DNA from: an uncultured delta proteobacterium
Lineage (GTDB): Bacteria > Desulfobacterota > Desulfuromonadia > Geobacterales > Pseudopelobacteraceae
Assembly (NCBI GenBank): GCA_963772835.1
Contig: CAVYYZ010000001.1
Coordinates: 160,001 to 224,000 of the forward strand
Direction of reading: 5' to 3'
Length of the DNA: 64,000 nt
Shown here: positions 1 to 9,462 of the stretch, one piece after another
How positions within the stretch are numbered: the stretch's first letter is position 1
Layout: each line of letters starts with the position of its first letter
Notes under the pieces: generated by a model
Database searches by the model: none
Told to the model about the DNA's origin: nothing
The model's input: only the letters and a program-made list of their open reading frames with translations
Translations under genes and position numbers: made by a program

Positions 1-501
1 GTCAGAAATGAACTGCTGCGTGAAGGTCATGATGTTCCGGGTTACATCCCGTTCGGGATCATGATCGAGGTGCCGGCGGCGGTGCAGATTATCGACTACC
101 TGATACAGGAGGTTGATTATGTCAGCATCGGAACCAACGATCTGATCCAGTACACACTTGCTGCCGACCGTAATAATGCCAGTGTCAGGCAATATTACGA
201 TCCATACCACCCGGCGATTCTGCATTCAATCAAACGTGTTGCCGATGCTGCCAACAAAGCCGGTAAAAAGGTGTCCGTCTGCGGGGAAATGGCTGCCGAC
301 CCATTGTGCGCTTTGCTTTTGACCGGGATGGGCATTCGCGAATTCAGCCTCTCTGCTCCCAGTATTCCGGTCGTCAAGCAGGCGATCAGGAACAACAGTT
401 TTGACGCGTGCCGCCGTCTGGCGCGGGCGGCGCTGACATGCCGCAGCAGTGCTGATATCGGGCGCTGTCTCGCGACTGCCCGGAAAAAGCTGATTCTGTA
501 A
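1..501 (+). CDS. PEP-protein phosphotransferase (PTS enzyme I family, probably PtsP), 3' part only
   Basis: The frame is open from base 1 and carries the EI C-terminal motifs GIMIEVPAA, SIGTNDLIQYTLAADR and VCGEMAADP. A second complete EI lies at 45287, so this copy is probably the PtsP-type paralog (inference). Confidence 0.85.
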   Translation, partial: VRNELLREGHDVPGYIPFGIMIEVPAAVQIIDYLIQEVDYVSIGTNDLIQYTLAADRNNASVRQYYDPYHPAILHSIKRVADAANKAGKKVSVCGEMAADPLCALLLTGMGIREFSLSAPSIPVVKQAIRNNSFDACRRLARAALTCRSSADIGRCLATARKKLIL

Positions 502-520
502 CAGGCAGGCAAAAGCTTTC

Positions 521-617
521 ACCATGGAGGCACGGAGAACGCCAAAAACAGCAGTCTTTCCGGCGCAGCCCCAAAAACTAAAGCCCTCAACCCTGGCTTT
601 CTCCGTGTCTCCGCGGT
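521..617. repeat. Imperfect inverted repeat (REP-like intergenic palindrome)
   Basis: ACCATGGAGGCACGGAGAA (521-539) pairs with TTCTCCGTGTCTCCGCGGT (599-617): 16/19 Watson-Crick pairs, 2 G-U pairs and 1 mismatch, around a 59-nt spacer. Confidence 0.65.
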
Positions 618-663
618 CGCAGTATTGATTTTAAGATTATCCTGAATCCGAGGTGATGCTATT

Positions 664-1803
664 TTGTACGATGGACGCCCGACATACGCCGAGATCGATC
701 TCTCCGCCCTGAAGCACAACTTTCAATTGATCCGCTCGTTAATCCCGCATCAGACAGATATTCTGGCGGTCGTAAAAGCTGATGCCTACGGGCACGGTTT
801 CATGGATATCAGCCGGGAACTGGAAGATCTCGGGGTTAACGCATTCGGCGTCGCTTTCCTGGCCGAAGGAATCCAGCTCCGCAAAAGCGGCTGTGACAGG
901 CCGATCCTCCTGCTGGGCGGGGTCTATCCCGGACAGGAGCGGAAATGTATCGGCTATAATCTCTCTACGGTGATATTTTCGCTGGAACAGGCTCAGGCTC
1001 TCAATCAGGCTGCATCTGCCGGGAAACTTTTCCGCAGGGCGCAGGTTCATCTCAAGGTCGACACCGGTATGGGAAGACTGGGCATTCCCCATGCCGATGT
1101 GCCCCGGTTTTTGACAGAACTGAAAAAATTGAGGTGTATTGACCTCGAAGGCCTGATTTCGCATTTCTCAACTGCCGATGAACTTGATGAATCCGGCCGG
1201 AATTTCACCCGGCTGCAGGGGGAACGTTTTGCCCGTGCATTGTCCGAGATCCGCACTGCCGGGTTCTCTCCGCGTTATATTCATATCGCCAACAGTGCCG
1301 CAGCACTGCTGGGAAATATCCCCGACTGCAACCTGATACGTCCCGGCATTACCATGTATGGAGCTCTGCCGTCGTCCGATTTCCAGGGTAAACTCGATCT
1401 CAAACCGGTAATGCGTCTTAAAAGCTGTGTCGCCATGCTCAAATGGGTAGAGCCCGGGGCTGCCATCAGCTACGCACGCCGGTATACCGCTGCAGAGCGA
1501 ACCCTGATTGCCAGTGTTCCGGTCGGGTATGCAGACGGTTACCCGCGGGCACTTACCAACCGCGGTGAAGTCCTGATCCGCGGTCAGCGGGCCACAGTTG
1601 CCGGAACAGTCTGCATGGACTGGATCATGCTCGACGTGACCGGTATAGAGGGCGTTGCAGTGGGTGATACCGTAACCCTTATGGGGCCGGACGATGACGG
1701 GCACTGTGTTCATGCCGAAGAGCTGGCGGTCTGGGCCGATACTATTCCGTATGCAATTTTTTGCGGCATCAGCAAGCGTGTGCCGAGGGTATATCTGAAG
1801 TGA
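664..1803 (+). CDS. alr: Alanine racemase
   Basis: PLP-lysine motif [11 protein letters not shown], plus [18 protein letters not shown] and GTVCMD. TTG start with GAGGTG upstream. Confidence 0.97.
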   Translation: MYDGRPTYAEIDLSALKHNFQLIRSLIPHQTDILAVVKADAYGHGFMDISRELEDLGVNAFGVAFLAEGIQLRKSGCDRPILLLGGVYPGQERKCIGYNLSTVIFSLEQAQALNQAASAGKLFRRAQVHLKVDTGMGRLGIPHADVPRFLTELKKLRCIDLEGLISHFSTADELDESGRNFTRLQGERFARALSEIRTAGFSPRYIHIANSAAALLGNIPDCNLIRPGITMYGALPSSDFQGKLDLKPVMRLKSCVAMLKWVEPGAAISYARRYTAAERTLIASVPVGYADGYPRALTNRGEVLIRGQRATVAGTVCMDWIMLDVTGIEGVAVGDTVTLMGPDDDGHCVHAEELAVWADTIPYAIFCGISKRVPRVYLK

Positions 1804-1826
1804 CCTCCCGCTAACCAGAGAAAAGT

Positions 1827-3080
1827 ATGTACGCACTTGCCTATGATCTCGGGACGACAACCCTGTCCGCTTCACTGATTGATTGCAGCGACGGAGGGCG
1901 TCGTGCCCTCCTCGGTGCACTGAACCCCCAGCGCCGCTTCGGTGCAGACGTTATTTCGCGACTTGACGCGGCGGCCAACTCCGTACCGTGTCAGCAGGAA
2001 ATGACGATGCTGATCCGGACCGAACTGTGGCGCATGGGGCGGGAGCTGTGCGATTCCTCCGGCATCGCCTGGAAAGATATACAAAAAGTGGCCATTGCCG
2101 GAAATCCGGCCATGCAGCATATACTGCTGGGGCTGGATCTTACGTCTTTACTTTTTCCTCCGTACCGGCCGCTCTACAGAACAGGTACGTATCTTCATGC
2201 CTCCGATATAGCGTGGGACGGCAGCGCCGGCATCTATCTTTTCCCGATGCCGGGAGGCTTTGTAGGCGGCGATACGGTGGCGTTTATCTACGGTGCAGAA
2301 CCGGGTGACGCCACGCTCTGCCTGGATATGGGTACCAACGGGGAAATAGCACTGATTGCCGGAGAATCGATCTGGGCGACGTCCGCTGCAGCCGGTCCCG
2401 CCTTCGAAGGCGGCAACCTCTCCTGCGGCATGGCTGCTCTGCCGGGAGCGATCAGCTCCGTTCGGATTGAAGGTGAACGCCTCATTCTGCAGGTCATAGG
2501 CAATGGATCTCCTGCCGGCATCTGCGGTTCAGGGGCGATTGAGGCGATCGCCGAACTGCTGCGCTGCGCTGTCCTGGAACCGGGCGGCAGGCTGCGAAGC
2601 TCCAACGAGATTGACTCTAATCTGGCAGTGCGGGTGACCGAGCATCAGGGTGAACATGCCTTTGTCCTGTATCGGGATGCAGAACGGCTGATTCTGTTGA
2701 CCCAGGATGATATCCGGCAGCTGCAGCTTGCCAAGGCCGCCATACGGGCAGGAATTGAAGTTCTGGAAAAGCTCTCTCCCGGATCGCGCCGAGTGTCACA
2801 CGATGTACTTCTGACCGGTTCTTTTGGTGCGGTTGTCCGGGCAGAATGGCTTAAAACGATTGGAGTTTTTGACGAAAGCATGGTACAAACGACCCGCTTT
2901 ACGCCTGACGGGGTTCTGTCGGGGGTCGAAAAGGCGCTGGTGTGCAGTGACGGATTCAGCGCCGTAGAGGAACTGGCGCGCCGCTTCCGGGTTGTACCGC
3001 TTTCCGGCACACCGCTTTTTGAGTCGCTCTTTATGCGGCATATTGATTTTCCTCAGTACAGTAACACATCGGTTGTTTGA
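1827..3080 (+). CDS. ASKHA-family ATPase of the RACo/DUF4445 type, with no N-terminal Fe-S domain
   Basis: Motifs DLGTTT, NPQxxFGADVISR, GGFVGGD, DMGTNGE, AAGPAFEG, GICGSG and QLAKAAIRAG. Confidence 0.85.
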   Translation: MYALAYDLGTTTLSASLIDCSDGGRRALLGALNPQRRFGADVISRLDAAANSVPCQQEMTMLIRTELWRMGRELCDSSGIAWKDIQKVAIAGNPAMQHILLGLDLTSLLFPPYRPLYRTGTYLHASDIAWDGSAGIYLFPMPGGFVGGDTVAFIYGAEPGDATLCLDMGTNGEIALIAGESIWATSAAAGPAFEGGNLSCGMAALPGAISSVRIEGERLILQVIGNGSPAGICGSGAIEAIAELLRCAVLEPGGRLRSSNEIDSNLAVRVTEHQGEHAFVLYRDAERLILLTQDDIRQLQLAKAAIRAGIEVLEKLSPGSRRVSHDVLLTGSFGAVVRAEWLKTIGVFDESMVQTTRFTPDGVLSGVEKALVCSDGFSAVEELARRFRVVPLSGTPLFESLFMRHIDFPQYSNTSVV

Positions 3081-3107
3081 TAATTTACATCGGTAAGGAG
3101 TACAGGC

Positions 3108-4664
3108 ATGGCACAGATAACCAGGGCATTGATCAGTGTCTCTGACAAGAGTGGTATTATTGAATTTGCACAGCAGCTGGCTGATTACGGGGTAGAGCTT
3201 CTCTCCACCGGCGGCACCGCAAAACTGCTGCGGGAAGCCGGCTTGACCGTTAAGGATGTTTCAGAGTTTACCGGTTTTCCGGAAATGCTTGACGGCAGGG
3301 TGAAAACGCTGCATCCCAAGGTGCATGGCGGTCTGCTGGGGATGCGCTCTAATCCTGCGCATGTTGCCAAGATGAAGGAACATGGCATAGAGAACATCGA
3401 CATGGTGATAGTAAACCTGTATCCGTTTGAGGCTGCAATTGCCAGGGAAGGGTGCCACCTTGAAGAGGCAATCGAAAATATCGATATCGGTGGCCCGACC
3501 ATGCTTCGCTCGGCTGCCAAAAACTATCCGGATGTAACCGTGCTGGTTGACAGCGCCGACTATGTGCAGGTGCTTGAAGAGATGAAAGCGACGGGCGGCT
3601 CGGTCGCCGCCTCAACCAACTTTGCTCTCGCGGTCAAGGTTTTTCAGCACACAGCTGCCTACGACGGCGCAATATCCAATTACCTGGGGTCTCGACTGAC
3701 CGGTGAAATCCAGAATTATCCTCCGACATTTACTCTGCAGGTCAAAAAGGCCCAGGATCTTCGCTATGGTGAGAACCCTCATCAAACGGCCGCTTTTTAT
3801 GTGGAGAACCGCATCTCGGAACCATGTGTTTCCAATGCCCGCCAGCTTCAGGGTAAAGAATTGTCCTTTAATAATATCATCGATCTTGACGCGGCCATTG
3901 AAACCGTCAAGGAGTTTGAAAAAAGTGCCGCCGTCATCATCAAGCACACCAACCCCTGCGGCGTTGCTCTGGCGGATTCGCCGCTGACCGCCTATCTCAA
4001 GGCGCGTGAATGTGATCCGGTTTCGGCTTTCGGCGGTATCGTCGGGTTCAACCGCACTGTCGATGCAGAGACAGCCAAAGAACTGACCTCCACGTTTTTG
4101 GAGGCGGTCATCGCACCCGGTTATAGTGAAGAGGCTCTGGAAATATTCGCCGCGAAGAAAAATGTACGGGTGATGCAGGTGCCGCTTCTTGACCGTTATG
4201 CTGCTGAAGGATTTGACCTGAAGCGCGTGACCGGCGGACTGCTACTGCAGGGGCGTGATCTGGGGATGATCAATTCTCTTGAATGCCGTGTGGTGACGGA
4301 ACGCATCCCGACTACGTCAGAATACGAAGCGCTCGATTTCGCCTGGCGGGTCTGCAAACATGTTAAATCGAACGCCATTGTCTTTAGTAACTGCGACCAG
4401 ACGGTCGGTATTGGAGCCGGCCAGATGTCTCGAGTGGATTCATCCAAGATTGCCGTCCAGAAAGCGCTTCTTCCGACCCGGGGTACGGTGCTGGCCTCGG
4501 ATGCGTTCTTTCCGTTTCGCGACGGCGTAGATGCTGCAGCGGAGGCGGGCGTAACCGCAATCATCCAGACCGGTGGCAGTGTCCGTGACGAAGAGGTTAT
4601 TAAAGCGGCCAACGAACATGGAATAGCCATGCTGTTCACTTCCATGAGGCATTTCCGGCACTAG
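3108..4664 (+). CDS. purH: Bifunctional AICAR transformylase / IMP cyclohydrolase
   Basis: [41 protein letters not shown] and a terminal RHFRH. Confidence 0.98.
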   Translation: MAQITRALISVSDKSGIIEFAQQLADYGVELLSTGGTAKLLREAGLTVKDVSEFTGFPEMLDGRVKTLHPKVHGGLLGMRSNPAHVAKMKEHGIENIDMVIVNLYPFEAAIAREGCHLEEAIENIDIGGPTMLRSAAKNYPDVTVLVDSADYVQVLEEMKATGGSVAASTNFALAVKVFQHTAAYDGAISNYLGSRLTGEIQNYPPTFTLQVKKAQDLRYGENPHQTAAFYVENRISEPCVSNARQLQGKELSFNNIIDLDAAIETVKEFEKSAAVIIKHTNPCGVALADSPLTAYLKARECDPVSAFGGIVGFNRTVDAETAKELTSTFLEAVIAPGYSEEALEIFAAKKNVRVMQVPLLDRYAAEGFDLKRVTGGLLLQGRDLGMINSLECRVVTERIPTTSEYEALDFAWRVCKHVKSNAIVFSNCDQTVGIGAGQMSRVDSSKIAVQKALLPTRGTVLASDAFFPFRDGVDAAAEAGVTAIIQTGGSVRDEEVIKAANEHGIAMLFTSMRHFRH

Positions 4665-4839
4665 GACACTCCAAGGCATGACTCACGCGGCGATACAACG
4701 ACGCAACGAAAGGCTTCATTTTTTAAAATTTTGGTTAAAACGTCGCGGCGTAGTGTGAAATAAATTAATTTGGTTCCGGCTTTTCGGCTTAGAAATTGTG
4801 CCGTGTTCGTTTAAACAGAAATTATATAGGTGTGAATTT

Positions 4840-6114
4840 ATGAAAATACTTGTAATCGGCGGCGGTGGCCGCGAACATGCCCTGGTCTGGAAAATTGCCC
4901 AGTCGCCGCTCGTAACGAAGCTTTATTGCGCACCGGGAAATCCGGGGACGTCATCACTGGCTGAAAATCTTCCGATTGGTGTCGATCAACTGGATAAGTT
5001 GCTGGCGTTTGCCTATGAAAACAACATAGACCTGACAGTGGTCGGCCCCGAACAGCCGCTTTCACTCGGCATCGTAGACCTGTTTGAATCGCACGGACTC
5101 AAGGTGTTCGGCCCGTCGCAAAAGGCAGCATTTATTGAGGGGAGCAAAGCCTTTTCAAAAGATCTGATGCGGAAGTATAACGTGCCGACAGCTGCTTATG
5201 GTGTGTTTACCGACCAGAGTGAGGCTGAAGCCTTCATCAACCGCACCGGAGCGCCGATCGTGGTCAAAGCCGATGGTCTGGCAGCCGGAAAAGGTGTCAT
5301 TATTGCGCAGACGTGCGAAGAGGCGGTTTCGACCGTTCGCGACATGCTCAGCGGTAATGCCTTCGGGAGTGCCGGTTCCCGTGTTGTCATCGAAGAGTTT
5401 CTGACCGGAGAAGAGGCCTCTTTTCTCGTCATCACCGATGGAAAAAACATCATCCCTCTCGTAAGCGCCCAGGATCATAAAGCTATATTTGATGGTGATC
5501 TGGGCCCTAACACCGGGGGAATGGGTGCCTATTCGCCTGCCCCGGTGGTAACGCAGGCTATTCATGAAATAGCCATGCAGCAGGTGATACGGCCGACCGT
5601 AGACGGGATGGCTGCAGAGGGCCGTCCGTATCGCGGAGTGCTGTATGCCGGCTTAATGGTGAAGGACGGCGAAGTTAAGACCCTCGAATTTAATGCCCGT
5701 TTTGGTGATCCCGAATGTCAGCCGCTGCTGATGCGTATGAAATCTGACATCGTGCCGGTCCTGCTTGCGGTCGCTGAAGGCGATCTCGGCTCAGTCGCTA
5801 TCGAGTGGCATGACAAGGCCGCTGTCTGCGTCGTTATGGCTACAGAAGGATACCCTGGTGAATACCGGCGGGGGGACAGGATCTCCGGATTAGAACGGGC
5901 TGCAGAGCTGGAGGACCTCTATGTTTTTCATGCAGGAACCGCACAGATAGACGGTTCCTGCGTCACAAACGGGGGCAGGGTTCTTGGCGTTACCGCCCTG
6001 GGAACGACAGTTAAAGACGCGATAACTGCCGCCTATCAGGGAGTTTCATTGATTTCCTGGCAGGGTGCACAGTGCCGCAGTGATATCGGAAAAAAGGCAC
6101 TTGAACGCATGTAG
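4840..6114 (+). CDS. purD: Phosphoribosylamine-glycine ligase
   Basis: Starts MKILVIGGGGREHAL at ATG 4840. Also KADGLAAGKGV, GPNTGGMGAY and EFNARFGDPE. Confidence 0.98.
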   Translation: MKILVIGGGGREHALVWKIAQSPLVTKLYCAPGNPGTSSLAENLPIGVDQLDKLLAFAYENNIDLTVVGPEQPLSLGIVDLFESHGLKVFGPSQKAAFIEGSKAFSKDLMRKYNVPTAAYGVFTDQSEAEAFINRTGAPIVVKADGLAAGKGVIIAQTCEEAVSTVRDMLSGNAFGSAGSRVVIEEFLTGEEASFLVITDGKNIIPLVSAQDHKAIFDGDLGPNTGGMGAYSPAPVVTQAIHEIAMQQVIRPTVDGMAAEGRPYRGVLYAGLMVKDGEVKTLEFNARFGDPECQPLLMRMKSDIVPVLLAVAEGDLGSVAIEWHDKAAVCVVMATEGYPGEYRRGDRISGLERAAELEDLYVFHAGTAQIDGSCVTNGGRVLGVTALGTTVKDAITAAYQGVSLISWQGAQCRSDIGKKALERM

Positions 6115-6153
6115 TCGCACATTAAAACAGATGAAAACAAACCGAGAGGTGAA

Positions 6154-6657
6154 ATGATGGAAATTGAACCGCGTGTACTATTGATGATGGGAAGTGATAC
6201 AGATCTTCCGGTAATGCAGGAAGCTGCCGATATTCTCAGTTCATTCAACATTCCGTACGAAATGCGGATTTCATCGGCGCACCGCTCGCCGGTACGAACG
6301 CTGGCGCTTGCATCAGAGGCAGCCGGCAGGGGTATTAAAGTCATCATTGCCGGTGCAGGAATGGCGGCACATCTGGCAGGAGTTGTCGCTTCCAAGACCA
6401 TTTTGCCCGTTATCGGTGTGCCGATGCCGGGAGGCGCTCTTAATGGAGTGGATGCATTATATGCAACGGTGCAGATGCCGGCCGGTATTCCGGTCGCAAC
6501 AATGGCGATCGGCAGGGCGGGGGCGAAGAACGCCGGCCTTTTTGCCGTTCAGATTCTGGCTCTTTCGGAACCGCATCTGGCCGAATCCGTTATGCGCTAT
6601 AGAGTGGAGATGGATAAAGAGTTGGAACTGAAGGACGCTAACCTGCAGCGCCGGTAG
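6154..6657 (+). CDS. purE: N5-CAIR mutase
   Basis: MGSDTD, SAHRSP, AGAGMAAHLAG, LPVIGVP and VQMPAGIPVAT. Confidence 0.97.
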   Translation: MMEIEPRVLLMMGSDTDLPVMQEAADILSSFNIPYEMRISSAHRSPVRTLALASEAAGRGIKVIIAGAGMAAHLAGVVASKTILPVIGVPMPGGALNGVDALYATVQMPAGIPVATMAIGRAGAKNAGLFAVQILALSEPHLAESVMRYRVEMDKELELKDANLQRR

Positions 6658-6716
6658 AAGGGCCGCTTCGGCATCTGCGGAATATGATTTATTTTGTTGT
6701 GACAACATAAATGTGG

Positions 6717-6746
6717 TTGACATTTTCGTGCGGCACGTGGTAGATA
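6717..6746 (+). promoter_or_regulatory. Sigma70-like promoter for tRNA-Asn
   Basis: TTGACA (6717-6722), an 18-nt spacer, then TAGATA preceded by TGG, about 25 nt upstream of the tRNA. Confidence 0.55.
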
Positions 6747-6770
6747 ACGGTTCGCTTTTGATGGTCCTAT

Positions 6771-6846
6771 TCCCCTTTAGCTCAGTTGGTAGAGCAGGTG
6801 ACTGTTAATCACCTTGTCCGTGGTTCGAGTCCGCGAAGGGGAGCCA
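6771..6846 (+). tRNA. tRNA-Asn(GTT)
   Basis: Acceptor stem TCCCCTT/AAGGGGA, D-arm GCTCAGTTGGTAGAGC, anticodon arm GGTGA-CTGTTAA-TCACC, TTCGA T-loop and an encoded CCA. Confidence 0.97.
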
Positions 6847-6854
6847 AAAAGTTC

Positions 6855-6889
6855 AGGCACTTACAAGTTATCTTGTGGGTGCCTTTTTT
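6855..6889 (+). terminator. Intrinsic terminator after tRNA-Asn
   Basis: Stem AGGCACTTACAAG / CTTGTGGGTGCCT followed by a T run. Confidence 0.7.
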
Positions 6890-6942
6890 GTGTGAGCCAG
6901 GCATGGCGCGCGGCTGTAAGCGCCATCTGTATAAGTTAAAGG

Positions 6943-8049
6943 CTAAGCGGGAGATATTCTGAGGTTGGTCGGCCCGATAGATATCAGGTCGTTCGGGATA
7001 AGCTGTTTGCTGGTAACCGTCTTGCCGTTAACCTTAGTGCCGTTAGTGCTCGCCAAATCTTCAATTACCAGTATATCCTCTACCAGTTTAAGTTCAGCAT
7101 GCCGTCGCGAAATACGGTGATCGTCCAGTATCACATCACAGCCTTTCCGTCCAATTGTACAGGGAAGTGTTACCGTAAAGCGTTCCCCCTGCAGAGGACC
7201 GGACTCTACCGAGAGTACGAAGCACGGGAGCTTCTGTTTTTGACTGAGAGCCTCGACAAGAACCTTGGCACCATCCGTAGTGGGCATTGTCGTTATTTCT
7301 GTATCCCCCCGGCGTCTGTTCTTTGTAATCCCGGCAGGCAGTGGCTCTATTTCCGGGTCTCTTTTGCGTCTGTTTTTCGGATACCCGATAGAAAAAAGTT
7401 TATCAAGAGAATTTTTGCTAAGCAGGTTTGAGTCCCCTGCCATGGTTGTAACCATGTCACGGAATATGTACGCCTGCACAATCTCTCCCGGCTGGAATGC
7501 GTACAGCAGCATCTCTTCGTCGATGCTCATTCCATCCGGCCGCTTGAACTCCTGATCGGCATAATGAGCAAGCGCCGCTTTTCCTTCCTTGAAAAAGAAG
7601 AAATTTAATTTTTTGTCCCGGCAAAGTGCGATCATTGCATTAGTGCCAGCCTCATCAATCTGCCGGACAATCCGCTCTATATCGATGAAAGCGGTAGGAG
7701 ATTTAACGGCGGGTTCTTCCTGCAGAAAGAGCAGCATGCATTTCAGAAGAACCGGATCCGTTTCGCAGAGGGTAATGGTCATGGACTCTTCGGAGGATTT
7801 TGCCAGATTCTCACCAAATTCCTGTATAGAAAAACCTATCGGTTTGTTGTCTGCAAATCTGCCGGCGGCATAGGGAGCGCCATTAAAGAAAAAGAGAAGA
7901 AGGGAAGGTTCATCGCCTGAGATCTTCAGGTATCCAGTAAAAGGTGGATATACAGTGTAGGCCATCTCCAGCAAACTGTGCAACAATTTACGGGAAAACG
8001 GTTTTTCATCGAAGAGTACGTTCTTTCGAGGAAATTGATAATTTTTCAT
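6943..8049 (-). CDS. FHA-domain protein (C-terminal FHA, N-terminal tandem PatA/DUF4388-like region)
   Basis: FHA motifs TIGR, ISRRHAEL, DLASTNGTKVNG and DLISIG. The N-terminal part has two similar segments, FTGYLKISG..LLLFFFNG and TNAMIALC..NFFFFKEG; that family call is tentative. Confidence 0.85.
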   Translation of the reverse strand: MKNYQFPRKNVLFDEKPFSRKLLHSLLEMAYTVYPPFTGYLKISGDEPSLLLFFFNGAPYAAGRFADNKPIGFSIQEFGENLAKSSEESMTITLCETDPVLLKCMLLFLQEEPAVKSPTAFIDIERIVRQIDEAGTNAMIALCRDKKLNFFFFKEGKAALAHYADQEFKRPDGMSIDEEMLLYAFQPGEIVQAYIFRDMVTTMAGDSNLLSKNSLDKLFSIGYPKNRRKRDPEIEPLPAGITKNRRRGDTEITTMPTTDGAKVLVEALSQKQKLPCFVLSVESGPLQGERFTVTLPCTIGRKGCDVILDDHRISRRHAELKLVEDILVIEDLASTNGTKVNGKTVTSKQLIPNDLISIGPTNLRISPA

Positions 8050-8111
8050 ATTTGCGTTATAGCAGGCAGCGGCATTGTTGTCAATTCCCCGGAGGCGTGT
8101 GCTCCTCTTTG

Positions 8112-9164
8112 CTACAGTATGGCGGGTCGGCCGAAGTAAAATCCCTGGGCGAGTTCAAAGCCGATTGCGCTGCATGTTTCAGCTTCGGCACTGCTCTCAA
8201 CTCCTTCTGCCAGTGTGCGGATACCGGCGTCACGTGCCATCCTTACGAGGGTTTCCACCATGGTACGCGAGCATTCCGAACGTTGCTGGATGTTCTGAAT
8301 AAGCCCGATATCAAACTTGACAATGTCAGGAACCGAGTCAAGCAACTCGATCAGACGGGACTGACCAGCTCCAAAATCATCATACACAAGCAACATATCA
8401 AGATCGTTCAGAAGTGACCTCAGACGTTTCATCATGCCGACATTGGTGATCGTGTTCTCATGGAGTTCCATCCCCAGTAGCAAATCCGGTACAGACGCCC
8501 TGAGCTTGTTCAATGACCTGCCCAGACATTCAAGATCCATCTCTTCCGGCAGAGTATTAAAAAGGATCAGCTCTTTCACCCCGAGTTGTGCAGCATATTC
8601 AAGCGCTGTATTCCTGAACAGTTCACTCAATTCGATCGCCCTTTCAAGCCCGCGGGAAATCTGGAACAATTGCACGGGATTTGTCGGGAGGCCATCATAG
8701 GAAATTCTTCCGAGAACCTCGTACCCTGTTAACGTGCCGTCAATGAGAGAAATCACCGGTTGAAAGTGTGGTACAACCGCTTTCAGATCGAGCATCCGTT
8801 CCATATTTTCTGCATCCGGACTGAGCATCTGGGTGCATTCCGAGTCATCGATCTGCTCCACAACTTCGAATCTGATTCCACCAATTGTGATATAGTCGCC
8901 ATGATTAAGAAGGTGATTTTCAGTCAGGCGCCTGCCGTTAACAAAAGTCCCGTTGGTACTGCCGCAATCCGTGATTCTCCAGCCTTCAATCGTTTCATGC
9001 AGTTCTGCATGCTTCCGGGAGACTTCATCCGCCGCCAGAAGGAGGTTCGATCCTTCTTTCCGTCCGATAATAAACGGTGAATGCTCAATAGGAACCACCC
9101 ACAAACTTCCATCCTTAGATTTTCTTTCAAGTCTGATAGGAATACTATTACAGGCTGAAATCAT
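8112..9164 (-). CDS. FHA-EAL c-di-GMP phosphodiesterase
   Basis: N-terminal FHA (IIGR, VSRKHAEL, GSTNGTFVNG). The EAL domain has FQP, EVL, FN, ELHE, DDFGAG, VKFD, AEGVE and QGFYF. Confidence 0.92.
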   Translation of the reverse strand: MISACNSIPIRLERKSKDGSLWVVPIEHSPFIIGRKEGSNLLLAADEVSRKHAELHETIEGWRITDCGSTNGTFVNGRRLTENHLLNHGDYITIGGIRFEVVEQIDDSECTQMLSPDAENMERMLDLKAVVPHFQPVISLIDGTLTGYEVLGRISYDGLPTNPVQLFQISRGLERAIELSELFRNTALEYAAQLGVKELILFNTLPEEMDLECLGRSLNKLRASVPDLLLGMELHENTITNVGMMKRLRSLLNDLDMLLVYDDFGAGQSRLIELLDSVPDIVKFDIGLIQNIQQRSECSRTMVETLVRMARDAGIRTLAEGVESSAEAETCSAIGFELAQGFYFGRPAIL

Positions 9165-9462
9165 GAATCCTACCCTTGAACTTATTTCTATCGTTAACAG
9201 CTATAACATATGTATGTCAGGGAGCAACGTACAGGTGTTAACTTGGTAGCTGTCTTTCAAGTTGCCTGTGTAACAATGACAGGAATCTAATTATTAGGAA
9301 AGGAAAATAATACATATCGATGAGTGGTGTTTCAACAGTGTCCTAGCCGACCCGGACGTCAGGTATAATCAGGTAACGTCACCTGCCTGCATTAATAACT
9401 TTACCCCGTAATATAAAATTGATAATACTTTCACTGGAAGAACTATAGACGGAGATTGATCT

